Assembly (NCBI GenBank): GCA_044342325.1
Contig: JBIIPZ010000018.1
Span: 1 to 59,404, forward strand
DNA length: 59,404 bases
Direction of reading: 5' to 3'
Source: Terrimicrobiaceae bacterium
Lineage (GTDB): Bacteria > Verrucomicrobiota > Verrucomicrobiia > Chthoniobacterales > Terrimicrobiaceae
The position numbers were made by a program, and so were the translations under genes. Positions within the stretch are counted from its first letter, which is position 1; each line of letters starts with the position of its first letter. Shown here in pieces: positions 19,349-30,971 of the stretch. A model generated the notes under the pieces. That model saw nothing but the letters and a program-made list of their open reading frames with translations, ran no database searches and had not been told where the DNA came from.

Positions 19349-20518
19349 ATGGCCGCTGACTTGATTCCTGCCACACGAGCAGAGGCTCTTCTTGCCTTGC
19401 ACGATTTTATTGAGGGGCCTGTGCTGCATTATGCCCGTTTGCGAAATCACATCACCGATCGGCATACGCATGTCTCAAGGCTCTCGGCGGCGATCGCGCA
19501 TCGTCTCGTGACAGAAGCTGAAGTCCTCTGTGCGGTGCTGCGGGTTCATAAATCAACAACTGTTGAAAAGTTCGTTCAAGAGGTCGTTTGGAGATCGTAT
19601 TGGAAAGGCTGGCTGGAGTTGCATCCAGGCGTCTGGCGCGATTTTGCCGATGCCGCGTCGGCCGGTGGCCCGCTCGCGGAGAGGCTGCAAGAGGGGCAAA
19701 GCGGCTGCGCGGCCATGGACGCCTGCGCCCGCGAACTTGTCTCCACAGGCTACCTGCACAACCACGCCCGCATGTGGTGGGCTTCATTTTGGATTCACCG
19801 AGCTGGTCTGCCATGGAAAGCTGGGGCGCGAATTTTCTTCGATCACCTGCTCGATGCAGACGCTGCCAGCAACACTCTCTCTTGGCGATGGGTTGCCGGC
19901 CTTCAAACCACCGGGAAAACCTACCTCGTTCGTCGCTCGAACCTTAACTCCTACTGGCCCGACGCGCCTTCGGAGGGTTTGGAGCAGTTGGATGGCGAGC
20001 CCCTCTTGGAAATTCCACAGGATTCGGCGGATCGGTCTCTTCGGGGTATCGAGAATTTCTCGGAAGCGCCGGGCGATTCTGCTGCCGGATTACTCCTCCA
20101 CGAGGAGGATCTTTCACTCGAATGCGGTCCCCTGAGCCAGTTTCACCCCACGGCGGCCTGTTTTTGGAAAACGCCTGCGCGATCTTCCATCCGTGCGGCT
20201 TGGTTGAATCGGGCGCTCGACGATGCCCGCGCGCGTGCAGAAAATCATTTCCAAAAAAATGTTGCCGAAATTCAGGCGCTGGATTCCTTGAAGGATTGGG
20301 TCGAAACCCACGACCTCCGGCGCATCGTTATGGCGGCCCCATCTGTCGGGCCGGTGCGAGATTCTTTGGAGCCATTTCTTCAATGGTGCGGCGAATGTGG
20401 CGTCGTCGTGACGCGTTTTCGGCGGCGCTGGGATGTGCGGGTTATCCCTCTGGCCAAGGCAGGCTTTTTTCCGTTTTGGAACTCGGTGCGCCCGCAGTTG
20501 TCGGAACTCATCCTATGA
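19349..20518 (+). CDS. Photolyase/cryptochrome FAD-binding-domain protein (lacks the N-terminal antenna domain)
   Basis: [56 protein letters not shown]. Confidence 0.85.
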   Translation: MAADLIPATRAEALLALHDFIEGPVLHYARLRNHITDRHTHVSRLSAAIAHRLVTEAEVLCAVLRVHKSTTVEKFVQEVVWRSYWKGWLELHPGVWRDFADAASAGGPLAERLQEGQSGCAAMDACARELVSTGYLHNHARMWWASFWIHRAGLPWKAGARIFFDHLLDADAASNTLSWRWVAGLQTTGKTYLVRRSNLNSYWPDAPSEGLEQLDGEPLLEIPQDSADRSLRGIENFSEAPGDSAAGLLLHEEDLSLECGPLSQFHPTAACFWKTPARSSIRAAWLNRALDDARARAENHFQKNVAEIQALDSLKDWVETHDLRRIVMAAPSVGPVRDSLEPFLQWCGECGVVVTRFRRRWDVRVIPLAKAGFFPFWNSVRPQLSELIL

Positions 20519-20664
20519 AGGGCGTTAAAAAACAGAACTTGCCCACGAAAATCTGCGTCGTTTGCGCCCGTCCCTTCGCATGGCGAAAAAAATGGGAGCG
20601 GTGCTGGGAGGAAGTGCTCCACTGCAGCGATGCCTGTCGCCGCAAGCGCACACCGGGCCGATGA
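20515..20664 (+). CDS. DUF2256 zinc-ribbon protein
   Basis: [47 protein letters not shown] overlaps on both sides. Confidence 0.85.
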   Translation: MKGVKKQNLPTKICVVCARPFAWRKKWERCWEEVLHCSDACRRKRTPGR

Positions 20665-22307
20665 AAAAACGCCCCGCCGCCCATGTGGTGTGGTTCAAGA
20701 AAGACCTCCGCATTACCGATCACCAACCTCTCGCTGCTGCCGCACGGGAAGGGCAGGTCGTCTGTTTATTCATCCACGAACCCGAGTGGTGGGCGACTCC
20801 GGAATGCGATGGCTCGCACCGCTTCTTCCTCTCGGAATGCCTCGCCGATCTGGACGCTTCCCTTCGGCAACTTGGAGTGAGCTTGCTGCAGCGCTACGGA
20901 AATGCCACCGAGGTGCTGGATCGCCTCGCCGCAGAGATCGATATCAGCAGCCTGTGGTCTCATGAGGAGACCGGTGCCGACTGGACCTATCGTCGTGATC
21001 TTGCCGTGCAAGCCTGGTGTCGGGAGAAAGGAATTCCTTGGCGCGAATGCCGTCAAGATGGCGTGGTGCGGCGGTTGAAGGATCGCAATGGATGGGCGGA
21101 TCGCTGGCAGCGCACGATGCACCGATCGCTGTGGGATTCTCCAGAGCATCTGCTTGGGCCCGCTCTTGCCGATGACCACCTCCCATCCGAATACGGGCAT
21201 GTGGTTTCCACAAAACCTTGGGCCCAGCGTGGCGGGGAGGGTGTCGCCAAATCCACACTCGACGCATTTCTCTATCAACGCGGAGTGGATTACCGAGCCT
21301 CCATGTCGAGCCCACTCGAGGGTTGGTCCAGCTGTTCTCGCATCAGCCCCTACCTGTCGTGGGGATGTCTTTCGATGGCCTCAACGGTTCGCTCGCTGGA
21401 GGAGCGCCTCGCCACACTTAGAGAGGCCGCCCTGTATGGTGCGCGCGTGGATCGTCGCTGGAGCGGCTCGCTCCGCAGTTTTGCGTCCCGGCTGCGATGG
21501 CACTGCCACTTCATGCAAAAACTCGAGGACGAGCCGCGCATCGAATTTGAAAATATGTCGAGGGCCTGCGACGGGTTGAGGGAGGATTTCACCGACACGC
21601 CTGAAGCCCATCGACGCCTTGAGGCCTGGAAAAATGGAGTCACCGGCTACCCCATGGTCGATGCCTGCATGCGATGCGTGCAGGCTACGGGATGGCTCAA
21701 CTTTCGCATGAGGGCCATGCTCATGAGCTTTGCAAGCCATCACCTCTGGCTTCACTGGCGACCCACAGCGGTTTTTCTCGGGCGCCATTTTCTGGATTTC
21801 GAGCCGGGCATTCATTTCAGCCAAGCCCAGATGCAGAGTGCGACCACCGGTATCAATGCGGTGCGTATCTACTCCCCGGCCAAGCAGGCTCTTGATCAAG
21901 ACCCGCACGGCCATTTTATCAAACTATGGGTCCCGGAATTGGCAGATGTGCCCGCTTCATGGCTTGCCGAACCACACCGCATGCCGATCGAGCAGCAACT
22001 TGCCGCCGGATGCCGGATTGGTCTCAATTACCCACAGCCAATTGTTGACCACGCCACCGCCTACCGCGAAGCACGCCTCAAAATCGCCGTTCTGCGCCGC
22101 GAACCCTCCGCGCGGCAGGATGCGCGCAAAGTGTTCCTGCGCCATGGAAGCCGTAAGCGCCAGTCCGCACGAAAATCCGATGAGAAACCGAACTTGCCCA
22201 AGGAAAATTGGGGGCAAGCTACATTTACTTTCAATTTTTCAGCAACCCACGGGCGGGGCGCGGTTGGAGAAGAACTAACCACGGATTTCTCAGATGGGCA
22301 CGGATGA
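20661..22307 (+). CDS. Deoxyribodipyrimidine photolyase/cryptochrome family protein
   Basis: [76 protein letters not shown]. Confidence 0.9.
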   Translation: MKKRPAAHVVWFKKDLRITDHQPLAAAAREGQVVCLFIHEPEWWATPECDGSHRFFLSECLADLDASLRQLGVSLLQRYGNATEVLDRLAAEIDISSLWSHEETGADWTYRRDLAVQAWCREKGIPWRECRQDGVVRRLKDRNGWADRWQRTMHRSLWDSPEHLLGPALADDHLPSEYGHVVSTKPWAQRGGEGVAKSTLDAFLYQRGVDYRASMSSPLEGWSSCSRISPYLSWGCLSMASTVRSLEERLATLREAALYGARVDRRWSGSLRSFASRLRWHCHFMQKLEDEPRIEFENMSRACDGLREDFTDTPEAHRRLEAWKNGVTGYPMVDACMRCVQATGWLNFRMRAMLMSFASHHLWLHWRPTAVFLGRHFLDFEPGIHFSQAQMQSATTGINAVRIYSPAKQALDQDPHGHFIKLWVPELADVPASWLAEPHRMPIEQQLAAGCRIGLNYPQPIVDHATAYREARLKIAVLRREPSARQDARKVFLRHGSRKRQSARKSDEKPNLPKENWGQATFTFNFSATHGRGAVGEELTTDFSDGHG

Positions 22308-22451
22308 TCCCATCAATCTGGGATTGGCAGAAAAAAGCAAAAATCTTGCAAGCCTGCTTGCAGAGTTTTTGTTTTACCCTGCCCCGTTCGCGTAGCGAAT
22401 GCACCCGTGCCCGTTTCTTCGTATCCGTGTTCATCCGGGTAATCAGTGGTT
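22277..22451. repeat. MITE/REP-like element with 29-bp imperfect terminal inverted repeats and an internal hairpin
   Basis: AACCACGGATTTCTCAGATGGGCACGGAT (22277-22305) versus ATCCGTGTTCATCCGGGTAATCAGTGGTT (22423-22451), 23/29 complementary; internal TGCAAGC-CT-GCTTGCA. Confidence 0.65.
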
Positions 22452-22587
22452 TTATATTATTCTTTCCTGTAATATGATGTGACTTGTTAGTTAGGAGAAT
22501 AATCTGGATTGGGTTGCGCGAGAGGGAGGCGGGGAGAGGAAGTAGCGAGTATGAATTATAAAGCATGAAGGGCTGGGGCGGCGGATG

Positions 22588-22611
22588 TGCCGACGGGGAC
22601 GTCGGCGTTCC
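22588..22611 (+). repeat. REP-like palindrome TGCCGACGRGGACGTCGGCGTTCC, copy 2
   Basis: TGCCGACGGGGACGTCGGCGTTCC. Confidence 0.8.
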
Positions 22612-22654
22612 TACATGGTGGCCCACTATTTCCAAATGAGATGAGTGGGGGGAA

Positions 22655-23338
22655 TCACTTTCCCAATTTGCGCTCGTGAAGAGTGGTGAGCAGGAGCACC
22701 CAGAAGCATTGGATCAAAACCGCAGTCGGCAATTGGAGGAGAGGCGGCATGAAGTAAACGAGGCAGACGCCGGGAATCCAAACGGCCCAGCCTGCGATCT
22801 GGGTGGGCAGCATTTTTTCCACCACAAAATTCCAGGAGAAGACATCGCGAGCGGTGGTAGCGTTGAGCCCTGAAACGCGGAAGGTGAGGTAGGTGTTAGT
22901 GATGGGATTCGCCAAAAACGGACTGAAAAGGAACTGATCGACCAGCACCTTGGCGGCAACGATCTGCCAGGAATTCCCAGTGCCGAACCACTCATTTTGG
23001 CAGCGGTAAAAGAGGTCTACGAGCATTCCGAGTCCGGCCCAGAGGGGGGCCGTGGCCAGAAAGTTCCAGAGATTTGCGAGAAGGGGGCGGCCTTTTTGAA
23101 AAAAGACAATGCGAAGTAACTCGGGAAGAAGAGCGCCCGAGACGATGTAGGTCACAAGGGAAAACCCATAACTCAGCTCCTGGCGCACCTCCCCCACCCT
23201 GGTAAGGAAGGCATAGGTGCCATCGTGGAGAAGATAGGCTGCGAGGAAACAGAGCATGAGCGCCTGCAAGAGCAAGCCTGGCAGGAGGTTAGCCCGTGCG
23301 GCACAGAGGCCGGTCTGGAATGCGGTGCGAAGATTCAA
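22655..23338 (-). CDS. Mpv17/PMP22-like membrane protein
   Basis: KVLVDQFLFSP, GWAVWIP and YFMPPLLQLP..VLIQCFW; TTG start overlapping the tilS stop. Confidence 0.65.
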   Translation of the reverse strand: MNLRTAFQTGLCAARANLLPGLLLQALMLCFLAAYLLHDGTYAFLTRVGEVRQELSYGFSLVTYIVSGALLPELLRIVFFQKGRPLLANLWNFLATAPLWAGLGMLVDLFYRCQNEWFGTGNSWQIVAAKVLVDQFLFSPFLANPITNTYLTFRVSGLNATTARDVFSWNFVVEKMLPTQIAGWAVWIPGVCLVYFMPPLLQLPTAVLIQCFWVLLLTTLHERKLGK

Positions 23339-24252
23339 GCGCCCCCCGATTCCAAGAAGAGAACTCCGCTGCGTCGGCGGGCGTGGTGATTTCCGGGGAG
23401 GTTCACTTTTGAGGGGCCGTTGACGGTATCGAGGAGTGCAAGAATGCGGCGGGTCTCGGCGTGTCCAGCCTCGGGCACGCCACATTTACGGAGCCAGCGT
23501 AGGATGACGCGAGACTGCATGGCTGGGTGCATCTCACGAAGCTCCTTGCAATCGAGTTCCTGGGGAGTTTCTGGCAAGAGGGATGACATCCAATCGTCCT
23601 CGTTGCGGAGGATTTCGGAGGCGCGCAGAATGGCTGAGCGATACGACTCGCCCATGACTTCCGCAAGGAGCGGCAGGACGCGGTGGCGAATTTTGTTTCG
23701 CGTGTGCTCAAGCCCGGCATTTGTCGCATCCTCGCGGAAGCGGACTTTTTGCTGTTTGCGGAAGGCTTCGATCTGCGTGCGGGTGACACCCAGAAGCGGT
23801 CGGTAAACGCTGAGTTTCCCGAGTTGAGCAACTGGTCTCATGCCCCCGAGTCCAGCGGCACCGCTGCCTCTGAGGAAGTTGAAAAGACAGGTCTCGACTT
23901 GATCATCGGCATGGTGCGCCAGGACGAGAAATTTTGTCTTTTCCCGGGCGGCGCATTCCTCAAAGAAGGCCATGCGCAGTTCGCGGGCGGCGAGTTCGAG
24001 GGATTTTTTTTGGGATGAGGCGAACTCCGCAGTCCGCGAGCGGGCATGCTCGACGGGAAGATTCAGACGGCGCGCCTCGCTGACGACAAGGCGGGCGTCC
24101 GCATCCGAACTCCGCCCACGCAGGGTGTGGTTGAGATGGCAGACGACGAGGTTTTTAAAACCTGCCGCCAAGAGCGCATGGAGCAGAACCATCGAGTCGC
24201 GACCGCCTGAGACGCCGACGAGAAGTTTTTTCCTCTTCGAAACACCTGCCAT
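23335..24252 (-). CDS. tilS: tRNA(Ile)-lysidine synthetase
   Basis: VGVSGGRDS PP-loop, HLNHTLRG, AARELR, LAHHADDQVET, RPLL, EDATN, RNKIR. Start may be GTG 24276. Confidence 0.9.
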   Translation of the reverse strand: MAGVSKRKKLLVGVSGGRDSMVLLHALLAAGFKNLVVCHLNHTLRGRSSDADARLVVSEARRLNLPVEHARSRTAEFASSQKKSLELAARELRMAFFEECAAREKTKFLVLAHHADDQVETCLFNFLRGSGAAGLGGMRPVAQLGKLSVYRPLLGVTRTQIEAFRKQQKVRFREDATNAGLEHTRNKIRHRVLPLLAEVMGESYRSAILRASEILRNEDDWMSSLLPETPQELDCKELREMHPAMQSRVILRWLRKCGVPEAGHAETRRILALLDTVNGPSKVNLPGNHHARRRSGVLFLESGGA

Positions 24253-24295
24253 CGACTCGGCGAGGGATGCCACCACAGCGTCGGCAGGTGCTTGG

Positions 24296-25567
24296 CTACT
24301 TGGAGATTTTCGAGGCACCGAAATAGGGTTGAAGCGCGGCGGGAATGTGAACGGAGCCGTCGGGCTGCTGGCCATTTTCGAGAAGGGCGACATAGAGGCG
24401 GGCGAGCGCTGTGCCAGAGCCGTTGAGGGTGTGGCAAAATCTATTTTTCCCATCCTCACCTTTGAAGCGAAGGTTCATGCGACGAGCTTGAAAATCCTCG
24501 AAATTCGTGCAGCTGGAAACCTCCAGATAAGCATTCTGGCCGGGTGCCCAGACTTCGATGTCGTAGGTCTTGGCAGCGCCGAATCCCATGTCTCCGGTGC
24601 AGAGTTCGATGACGCGATAATGAAGTCCGAGAGCCTGCAGAACGCGCTCGGCATCGGCGGTGAGAGCCTCGAGTTCGGCTGCTGATTGCTCGGGCGCGCA
24701 AATTTTAACCAACTCGATTTTATCAAACTGGTGCATGCGGATGAGACCACGCGTCTCGCGACCAGCGGAACCAGCCTCGCGGCGGAAGCAGGGCGTGTAG
24801 GCGGCGTATTTGATCGGGAATTGTGCTGCGTTGATGATCTCCTCGCGGTGAAGATTCGTCACGGGGACCTCGGCTGTGGGAACGAGAAAGAGCCCTCCGC
24901 CATCGATGCCATACATGTCTTCCTCAAATTTCGGCAACTGGCCTGTGCCCACCATGCAATCGCGCTTCACTACGAACGGTGGACTGACCTCAGTGTAGCC
25001 GTGGTCGCGGGTATGGAGGTCGAGGAGGAAATTCAGAAGCGCCCGTTCGAGCTTTGCGCCTTGGCCCATGTAGACAGAGAAACCACTGCCGCTGATTTTG
25101 ACAGCGCGGTCGGGGTCGATAAGCCCGAGCGCCTCGGCAAGGGCGACATGATCCTTGGGATTGGTGATTGAGGGTTTTTCCCCATGAACGCGAATCTCGG
25201 GGTTGTCCGCTGCTTCTTTGCCAACTGGAACGGCAGGCTGCGGAAAATTGGGCAGAACGAGCAGCAGGGCGGTTTGCTCATCGGAGAGGGCGTTTGATTT
25301 CTCGGTGAGGGCCTGCATCTCGTCGGCGAGGGATTTCACCTCAGCTTCCAACGCGGCGGAGTCTTGCTTCTGGGAGCGGAGTTTTCCAATTTCCTTGCTC
25401 AGGCGATTGCGCTCGCTCTGGAGGCCTTGCAGGCGGGTTTCCGACGCCCGCCGGTCGGCGTCGATGGCAAGAATGGCGTCGATCGTTTGGGAATAGTCGG
25501 CGTTGCGGGACGCGAGGCGGGACTTGGCGAGATCGGGTTGCTCCCGAAGATAGCGGATATCAAGCAT
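24296..25567 (-). CDS. serS: Serine--tRNA ligase
   Basis: MLDI start, TGQLPKFEED, PTAEVP, FRREAGSAG, RMHQFDKIE, EVSSC, HTLNGSG. Confidence 0.97.
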   Translation of the reverse strand: MLDIRYLREQPDLAKSRLASRNADYSQTIDAILAIDADRRASETRLQGLQSERNRLSKEIGKLRSQKQDSAALEAEVKSLADEMQALTEKSNALSDEQTALLLVLPNFPQPAVPVGKEAADNPEIRVHGEKPSITNPKDHVALAEALGLIDPDRAVKISGSGFSVYMGQGAKLERALLNFLLDLHTRDHGYTEVSPPFVVKRDCMVGTGQLPKFEEDMYGIDGGGLFLVPTAEVPVTNLHREEIINAAQFPIKYAAYTPCFRREAGSAGRETRGLIRMHQFDKIELVKICAPEQSAAELEALTADAERVLQALGLHYRVIELCTGDMGFGAAKTYDIEVWAPGQNAYLEVSSCTNFEDFQARRMNLRFKGEDGKNRFCHTLNGSGTALARLYVALLENGQQPDGSVHIPAALQPYFGASKISK

Positions 25568-25622
25568 GGGTTGGACAGAATGAATAAAATGGTCAGAATG
25601 CCGAGAGCAAATTCAAGAACAG

Positions 25623-26558
25623 ATGTCAGCGCAATTCCGCGATTACTACCAAACACTCGGAGTCTCCAAGTCCGCAACCCAGGCTGAAGTCAAAAGCGCG
25701 TTCCGCAAACTCGCGCGTCAGCACCACCCCGACACGGCCAAGGACAAGAAAGTGGCCGAGGAGAAATTCAAAGAAATCAACGAAGCTTACGAGGTGCTCG
25801 GCGACCCCGAGAAACGCAAACGCTACGATGATTTCGGAGCGGATTGGCAGCACGGCCCCCAACAGCGCGGCGGCTGGCAGCGCCCTGCCGGAGCGGGTGG
25901 GTCCACGGGAAAACGCGGTGCGGCGGCTTTTGAAGAGGACATCCAATTTGGAGGCACGGGCTTCAGCGACTTCTTCGAGCAGATGTTCGGCGGACGCCGG
26001 GGAACGCGCGCCGGCTTCGAGGAGGCTCCGCAGCGTGGCCAGGATGCAGAAGCTGATATCTTGGTGACATTGGAAGAAGCCCTCAACGGCTCCTCGCGCC
26101 CAGTTTCCTTTCGCCGGGGTGGAGCCAAGAAGATCGAGACCTTCACGGTAAAAATACCCAAAGGCATACGCGACGGTCAGCGCATTCGCCTTGCCGGCCA
26201 AGGCGGCACAGGGGCCTCAGGCGGCGGCGCGGGAGATCTCTACCTGCGGGTCAAATACCAACGCCACCCGGACTTTGAAATCGAGGGAGCCAATCTCAAC
26301 TACGACCTGGAAATTCCCGCATGGGATGCCGTTCTCGGATGCACAGTCACCGTTCCCACGCTGAGTGGACGAGTGAAGCTCAAAATCCCTGCAGGCACGC
26401 AGTCGGGAAAAAAATTTCGCCTGCCAAGTATGGGGATGCCACTGACCGCAGATACTCGCGGCGACCTTTTCGCCGAGGTGCGCATCACGGTTCCGGACTC
26501 GCCAGGTGAAAAAGAAAAAGTCCTCTGGGAGACGATTGCGGATTTCCATAAGGCCTGA
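25623..26558 (+). CDS. cbpA: DnaJ-class co-chaperone (CbpA-like, no zinc finger)
   Basis: J-domain DYY..LGV...HPD...FKEINEAYEVL; GFSDFFE; C-terminal DnaJ domain. Confidence 0.8.
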   Translation: MSAQFRDYYQTLGVSKSATQAEVKSAFRKLARQHHPDTAKDKKVAEEKFKEINEAYEVLGDPEKRKRYDDFGADWQHGPQQRGGWQRPAGAGGSTGKRGAAAFEEDIQFGGTGFSDFFEQMFGGRRGTRAGFEEAPQRGQDAEADILVTLEEALNGSSRPVSFRRGGAKKIETFTVKIPKGIRDGQRIRLAGQGGTGASGGGAGDLYLRVKYQRHPDFEIEGANLNYDLEIPAWDAVLGCTVTVPTLSGRVKLKIPAGTQSGKKFRLPSMGMPLTADTRGDLFAEVRITVPDSPGEKEKVLWETIADFHKA

Positions 26559-26621
26559 TTCCACCGCAGAAGGTATTCTGACTTTTGCAGGATTGCGCGC
26601 CCGTGATAGCTTGCGGGTCTT

Positions 26622-28421
26622 ATGTCCAGCGCGCACACGCCACTCCGCACCGAAATACCAGAATCCGACAAGTGGGACCTTACGCCTCTCTATACAAGCG
26701 ATGATGGCTGGGAGGAGGATTTTTCCAAACTGCAGAAGTCCTATGAAGGCGTCACAAGCTTTCGGGGCAAACTAAGGGAGTCTGCAGCGGGATTGGCGAA
26801 GTGCTTGGAATTCGAGAAAGGCATCGACTTGCTTGTCGATCAGCTCAATCAATACGCAGCGCTGAGTGTTTCAGGCGACAGCTCAAATGCAGAGGCACTC
26901 GCCCGTGAAGCCCGTCTCGACAGCCTGATGGTGCGGGTCGGAGAGGCCTTTTCATTTATCTCGCCGGAAATCCAGGAAATCCCGGATGGTGAATTCGAGG
27001 CCTTCCTTGCTGATCCCGCGTTGGCGGATTGGACGATTCCGCTGCGTAAATTGCGTCGCCGCAAATTGCACACCCTAAGCGCGGCCGAGGAACGCCTGCT
27101 GGCACTGGGATCATCCGCCGTGCGTGGACACAGCGAGACATTCTCGCAACTCACGAACGTCGACATGCTTTTCGGAACGCTGAAGGATGGCGAGGGCAAT
27201 GATCGGGAGCTGACCCAGAGTTCATTCTCGTCCTTCCTCCAGCAGCGGGATCCAGCAGTGCGCAAAGCGGCGTTCCACCTGTTCTACAAGGAATTTTCGG
27301 AGCACCGGTTCACCCTGGCATCCAGCCTCGCCAACTCGGTGCGTGCCGATGTTTTCTACGCCCGGGCCAGAAATTATCCCTCGGCGCGTGAGGCCGCACT
27401 CTTCGCCGATGACGTGCCGACCACGATTTACGACAACCTTATTACCACCGTGCGGGGCAATCTGGATGCGCTTTTCCGCTATTTCGAACTCCGTCGCCGG
27501 GTCTTGAAGCTCGAAGAAATCCACCACTACGACACCTATGTGACCATGGTCGAAAATGTGAAGACCAATGTGTCGTGGGATGAAGCGGTCGAGCGTGTAA
27601 TGGCCTCCCTCACGCCGCTGGGGTCGGAATACATGGAAACCCTGGGCCATGGTCTGCGCGGCGGACGCTGGTGCGACCGCTACGAAAACAAAGGCAAGCG
27701 CAGCGGGGCTTTTTCCTACGGCACTTACTCGAGTCCGCCCTACATCATGATGAACTACAAGGCAGATGTTTTTTCAGATGTCTACACACTGGCCCACGAA
27801 GCCGGGCATTCGATGCACACTTGGTATGCACGGGGCACGCAGCTTTATCAAAACTACGGATATCCGATCTTCCTAGCTGAGGTGGCCTCCACTTTTAACG
27901 AGGTCCTGCTCACCGAGCATTTGCTGAAAACCACAGATGACCGCTCGATGAAGGCATTCATTTTAAACCGCCAGATCGATGACATCCGGGGCACTCTCTA
28001 CCGCCAGACGATGTTTGCCGAGTTTGAACGCGAGGCGCACGCCGCGGAGGAAGCGGGTGAAGCGCTTACCCTGGAGAGCTTCAAGGCGATTTATCGCAAG
28101 CTCCTGACTGACTACTTCGGCCCGCGCTTTGCGATCGACGGCGAACTGGAGCTGGAATGTCTGCGAATCCCTCATTTCTACAATGCCTTCTACGTTTACA
28201 AATACGCCACTGGCCTCTCGGCGGCTGTAGCACTGGCAACACAGGTTTTGGAATCCGGCGACGCGACCCGCTATCTCGGATTCCTCCGTAGCGGTGGCAG
28301 CCGTTTCCCGGTCGAAACCCTCCGCGAGGCCGGTGTGGACATGAGCACACCAGCACCTGTGCAGGCGACGCTGGATTTATTTTCGCGAAGAGTCGGCGAA
28401 CTCGAAGCGCTCATCGGATAG
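26622..28421 (+). CDS. pepF: Oligoendopeptidase F (M3B)
   Basis: [50 protein letters not shown]. Confidence 0.93.
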   Translation: MSSAHTPLRTEIPESDKWDLTPLYTSDDGWEEDFSKLQKSYEGVTSFRGKLRESAAGLAKCLEFEKGIDLLVDQLNQYAALSVSGDSSNAEALAREARLDSLMVRVGEAFSFISPEIQEIPDGEFEAFLADPALADWTIPLRKLRRRKLHTLSAAEERLLALGSSAVRGHSETFSQLTNVDMLFGTLKDGEGNDRELTQSSFSSFLQQRDPAVRKAAFHLFYKEFSEHRFTLASSLANSVRADVFYARARNYPSAREAALFADDVPTTIYDNLITTVRGNLDALFRYFELRRRVLKLEEIHHYDTYVTMVENVKTNVSWDEAVERVMASLTPLGSEYMETLGHGLRGGRWCDRYENKGKRSGAFSYGTYSSPPYIMMNYKADVFSDVYTLAHEAGHSMHTWYARGTQLYQNYGYPIFLAEVASTFNEVLLTEHLLKTTDDRSMKAFILNRQIDDIRGTLYRQTMFAEFEREAHAAEEAGEALTLESFKAIYRKLLTDYFGPRFAIDGELELECLRIPHFYNAFYVYKYATGLSAAVALATQVLESGDATRYLGFLRSGGSRFPVETLREAGVDMSTPAPVQATLDLFSRRVGELEALIG

Positions 28422-28516
28422 GCACAAATTGCGCGTGCCACATAGGCAACTCGGAGAGTGACTTTTTGCTCGCGGAACAGGACTCGTCCAATACAAAGGA
28501 GGCAGGGAATTCAATT

Positions 28517-30958
28517 ATGAAAAAGGATAAATCAATCAGCTTTGAGCAGGAAATCATCGACCAACTGAAATTCGGCCTCGCCCGCGATTCCGTATCAGCC
28601 TCCCGCCGCGAATGGTGGATCGCCACTTCCAAGGCGATTCAAAAAGTGATCATCGAGCGCATGATGAAAACATTGGCCGTCCACTCGGAAGGCAATGTGC
28701 GCCGGGTTTACTATCTCTCCATGGAATTCCTCATGGGCCGGCTCTTCGTGAACAACATGATCAATGCCGGTGTGTTGAAAGAAGTTTCGGAAGCCTTGGA
28801 AATCCTTGGCCATCCACTCGAAGAGACCCGCGACGAGGAATACGACATGGCCCTCGGCAACGGCGGACTCGGCCGCTTGGCAGCTTGTTTTCTCGACTCC
28901 CTCGCCACGCTGGACCTTCCCGCTGTCGGCTACGGCATCCACTACGAATACGGTCTTTTTAAACAGGAATTCCGCAACGGCTACCAAGTAGAACTCCCCG
29001 ACGCGTGGATTCAATACGGCTCGCCATGGGAAATCATTCGTCCCCAGCACTCGCAGGAAATCCCGATTTACGGCCATGTCGAGACTCACACCGACGGCCT
29101 TGGCAAGACGAGCAGCGTCTGGTCTGACTTCCGCAAGCTCATTGGTATTCCCTACGATATTCCGATTCCCGGCTATGGCACTGAAACGGTCAATTTCCTG
29201 CGCCTGTGGGAATCCAAAGCCCCCGAGGAATTTGATTTCGAGGCCTTCAACCGAGGCGGCTACGAGCAAGCCGTGCAGCAAAAAAACATGGCTGAGACGG
29301 TCAGCAAGGTGCTTTACCCGAACGACCACACCGAAGCCGGCAAGGAACTCCGCCTCATCCAGCAATACTTCTTCGTCGCCTGCTCGCTGCGCGACATCAT
29401 CCGCCGCTTCGAAAAAGACAACACCGACTGGGAAACCTTCCCAGACAAAGTGGCGATCCAACTCAACGACACCCATCCTGCCATCGGTGTCGTGGAGCTC
29501 ATGCGCCTCCTGATCGACGAAAAAGAACTCTCATGGCAACAAGCCTGGGGGATCGTGCGCCGCACATTTGCTTACACGAACCACACCCTCATGCCCGAGG
29601 CTCTCGAAAAATGGAGTGTCGGCCTTTTCCGAAAAGTCCTCCCACGCCATCTGCAGATCATTTTCGAAATCAACAAAACTTTCCTTGATGAAGTCGAAGC
29701 CAAGTGGCCGGGAGATACGGATAAGAAACGCACCCTCTCGCTCATCGAGGAAGGGCACGAGCAAATGGTCCGCATGGCGCACCTCAGCGTCGTCGGAAGC
29801 CATTCAGTCAACGGCGTGGCAGCCCTCCATACCCAACTGCTCAAAGAACAGCTGTTCCCGGAATTCAACGCCCTCTATCCGACAAAATTTCAGAACAAGA
29901 CAAACGGCATCACACCCCGTCGCTGGCTCGTGGCCTGCAATCCGCGTCTCTCAGACCTCATATGCCGCCACATCGGGCACGGATGGGAGCGCGACCTCGA
30001 CAAACTCCGCAAGCTGGAACCCCTCGCGGACGACGCCTCATTCCGCGAGGAATTCATGGCCGTCAAGCACGCCAACAAGGTGCGCCTCGCCGGAAGAATC
30101 CTCGATGAATGCGGCGTGAAGGTGGATCCCTCAGCGCTCTTCGATGTGCAAATAAAGCGTCTTCACGAATACAAGCGCCAGCATTTGAATCTCCTGCACA
30201 TTCTCGCGCTCTACCGCCGCCTGCTGCAAAACCCCGATCTCGACATCCCGCCACGCGTTTTCATTTTTGCTGCCAAGGCCGCTCCGGGCTACGAAATGGC
30301 CAAGCGGATCATCAAGGCGATCAACGCTGTTGGTTCAAAAATCAACAGCGACACCCGCATCCAAGACAAACTCAAAGTTGCCTTCATGCCGAACTACCGC
30401 GTCTCGCTGGCCCAGCGCATTGTGCCAGCAGCCGATCTCTCCGAGCAGATTTCCACCGCCGGAAAAGAAGCCTCGGGAACGGGCAACATGAAACTTGCCC
30501 TGAATGGCGCCCTCACCATCGGCACACTCGATGGTGCGAATGTCGAAATCCTTGCGGAAGTCGGTGAAGAAAACATTTTCATCTTCGGCAACACCGTTGA
30601 GCAAGTGCACGAACTCCTCGCCAAGGGCTACAACCCCGGCGACTACTACCGCGCCAATCCTGAACTCGCCGCCATCATCGATTGGCTCGGGTCGGATTAC
30701 TTTACAGGAGACGAAAGCGCCGACATACTGACTCCTCTACGCGACAACTTGATCTACCACGATCCCTACCTCTGTCTTGCGGACTTCGCCGCCTACAGCG
30801 ACGCGCAGGAAAAAGTCTCCGCCGCATTCCAAGACAAAGCCCGCTGGGCGAAAATGGCTGTGCTCAACACCGCACGCGTCGGAAAGTTCTCCAGCGACCG
30901 CACGATCAGCGAATACGCTAAGGACATCTGGAAACTCAAACCGGTCAAAGTGCCCTGA
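28517..30958 (+). CDS. glgP: Glycogen/starch phosphorylase
   Basis: [56 protein letters not shown]. Confidence 0.97.
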   Translation: MKKDKSISFEQEIIDQLKFGLARDSVSASRREWWIATSKAIQKVIIERMMKTLAVHSEGNVRRVYYLSMEFLMGRLFVNNMINAGVLKEVSEALEILGHPLEETRDEEYDMALGNGGLGRLAACFLDSLATLDLPAVGYGIHYEYGLFKQEFRNGYQVELPDAWIQYGSPWEIIRPQHSQEIPIYGHVETHTDGLGKTSSVWSDFRKLIGIPYDIPIPGYGTETVNFLRLWESKAPEEFDFEAFNRGGYEQAVQQKNMAETVSKVLYPNDHTEAGKELRLIQQYFFVACSLRDIIRRFEKDNTDWETFPDKVAIQLNDTHPAIGVVELMRLLIDEKELSWQQAWGIVRRTFAYTNHTLMPEALEKWSVGLFRKVLPRHLQIIFEINKTFLDEVEAKWPGDTDKKRTLSLIEEGHEQMVRMAHLSVVGSHSVNGVAALHTQLLKEQLFPEFNALYPTKFQNKTNGITPRRWLVACNPRLSDLICRHIGHGWERDLDKLRKLEPLADDASFREEFMAVKHANKVRLAGRILDECGVKVDPSALFDVQIKRLHEYKRQHLNLLHILALYRRLLQNPDLDIPPRVFIFAAKAAPGYEMAKRIIKAINAVGSKINSDTRIQDKLKVAFMPNYRVSLAQRIVPAADLSEQISTAGKEASGTGNMKLALNGALTIGTLDGANVEILAEVGEENIFIFGNTVEQVHELLAKGYNPGDYYRANPELAAIIDWLGSDYFTGDESADILTPLRDNLIYHDPYLCLADFAAYSDAQEKVSAAFQDKARWAKMAVLNTARVGKFSSDRTISEYAKDIWKLKPVKVP

Positions 30959-30971
30959 GACCCGCTTGGGA

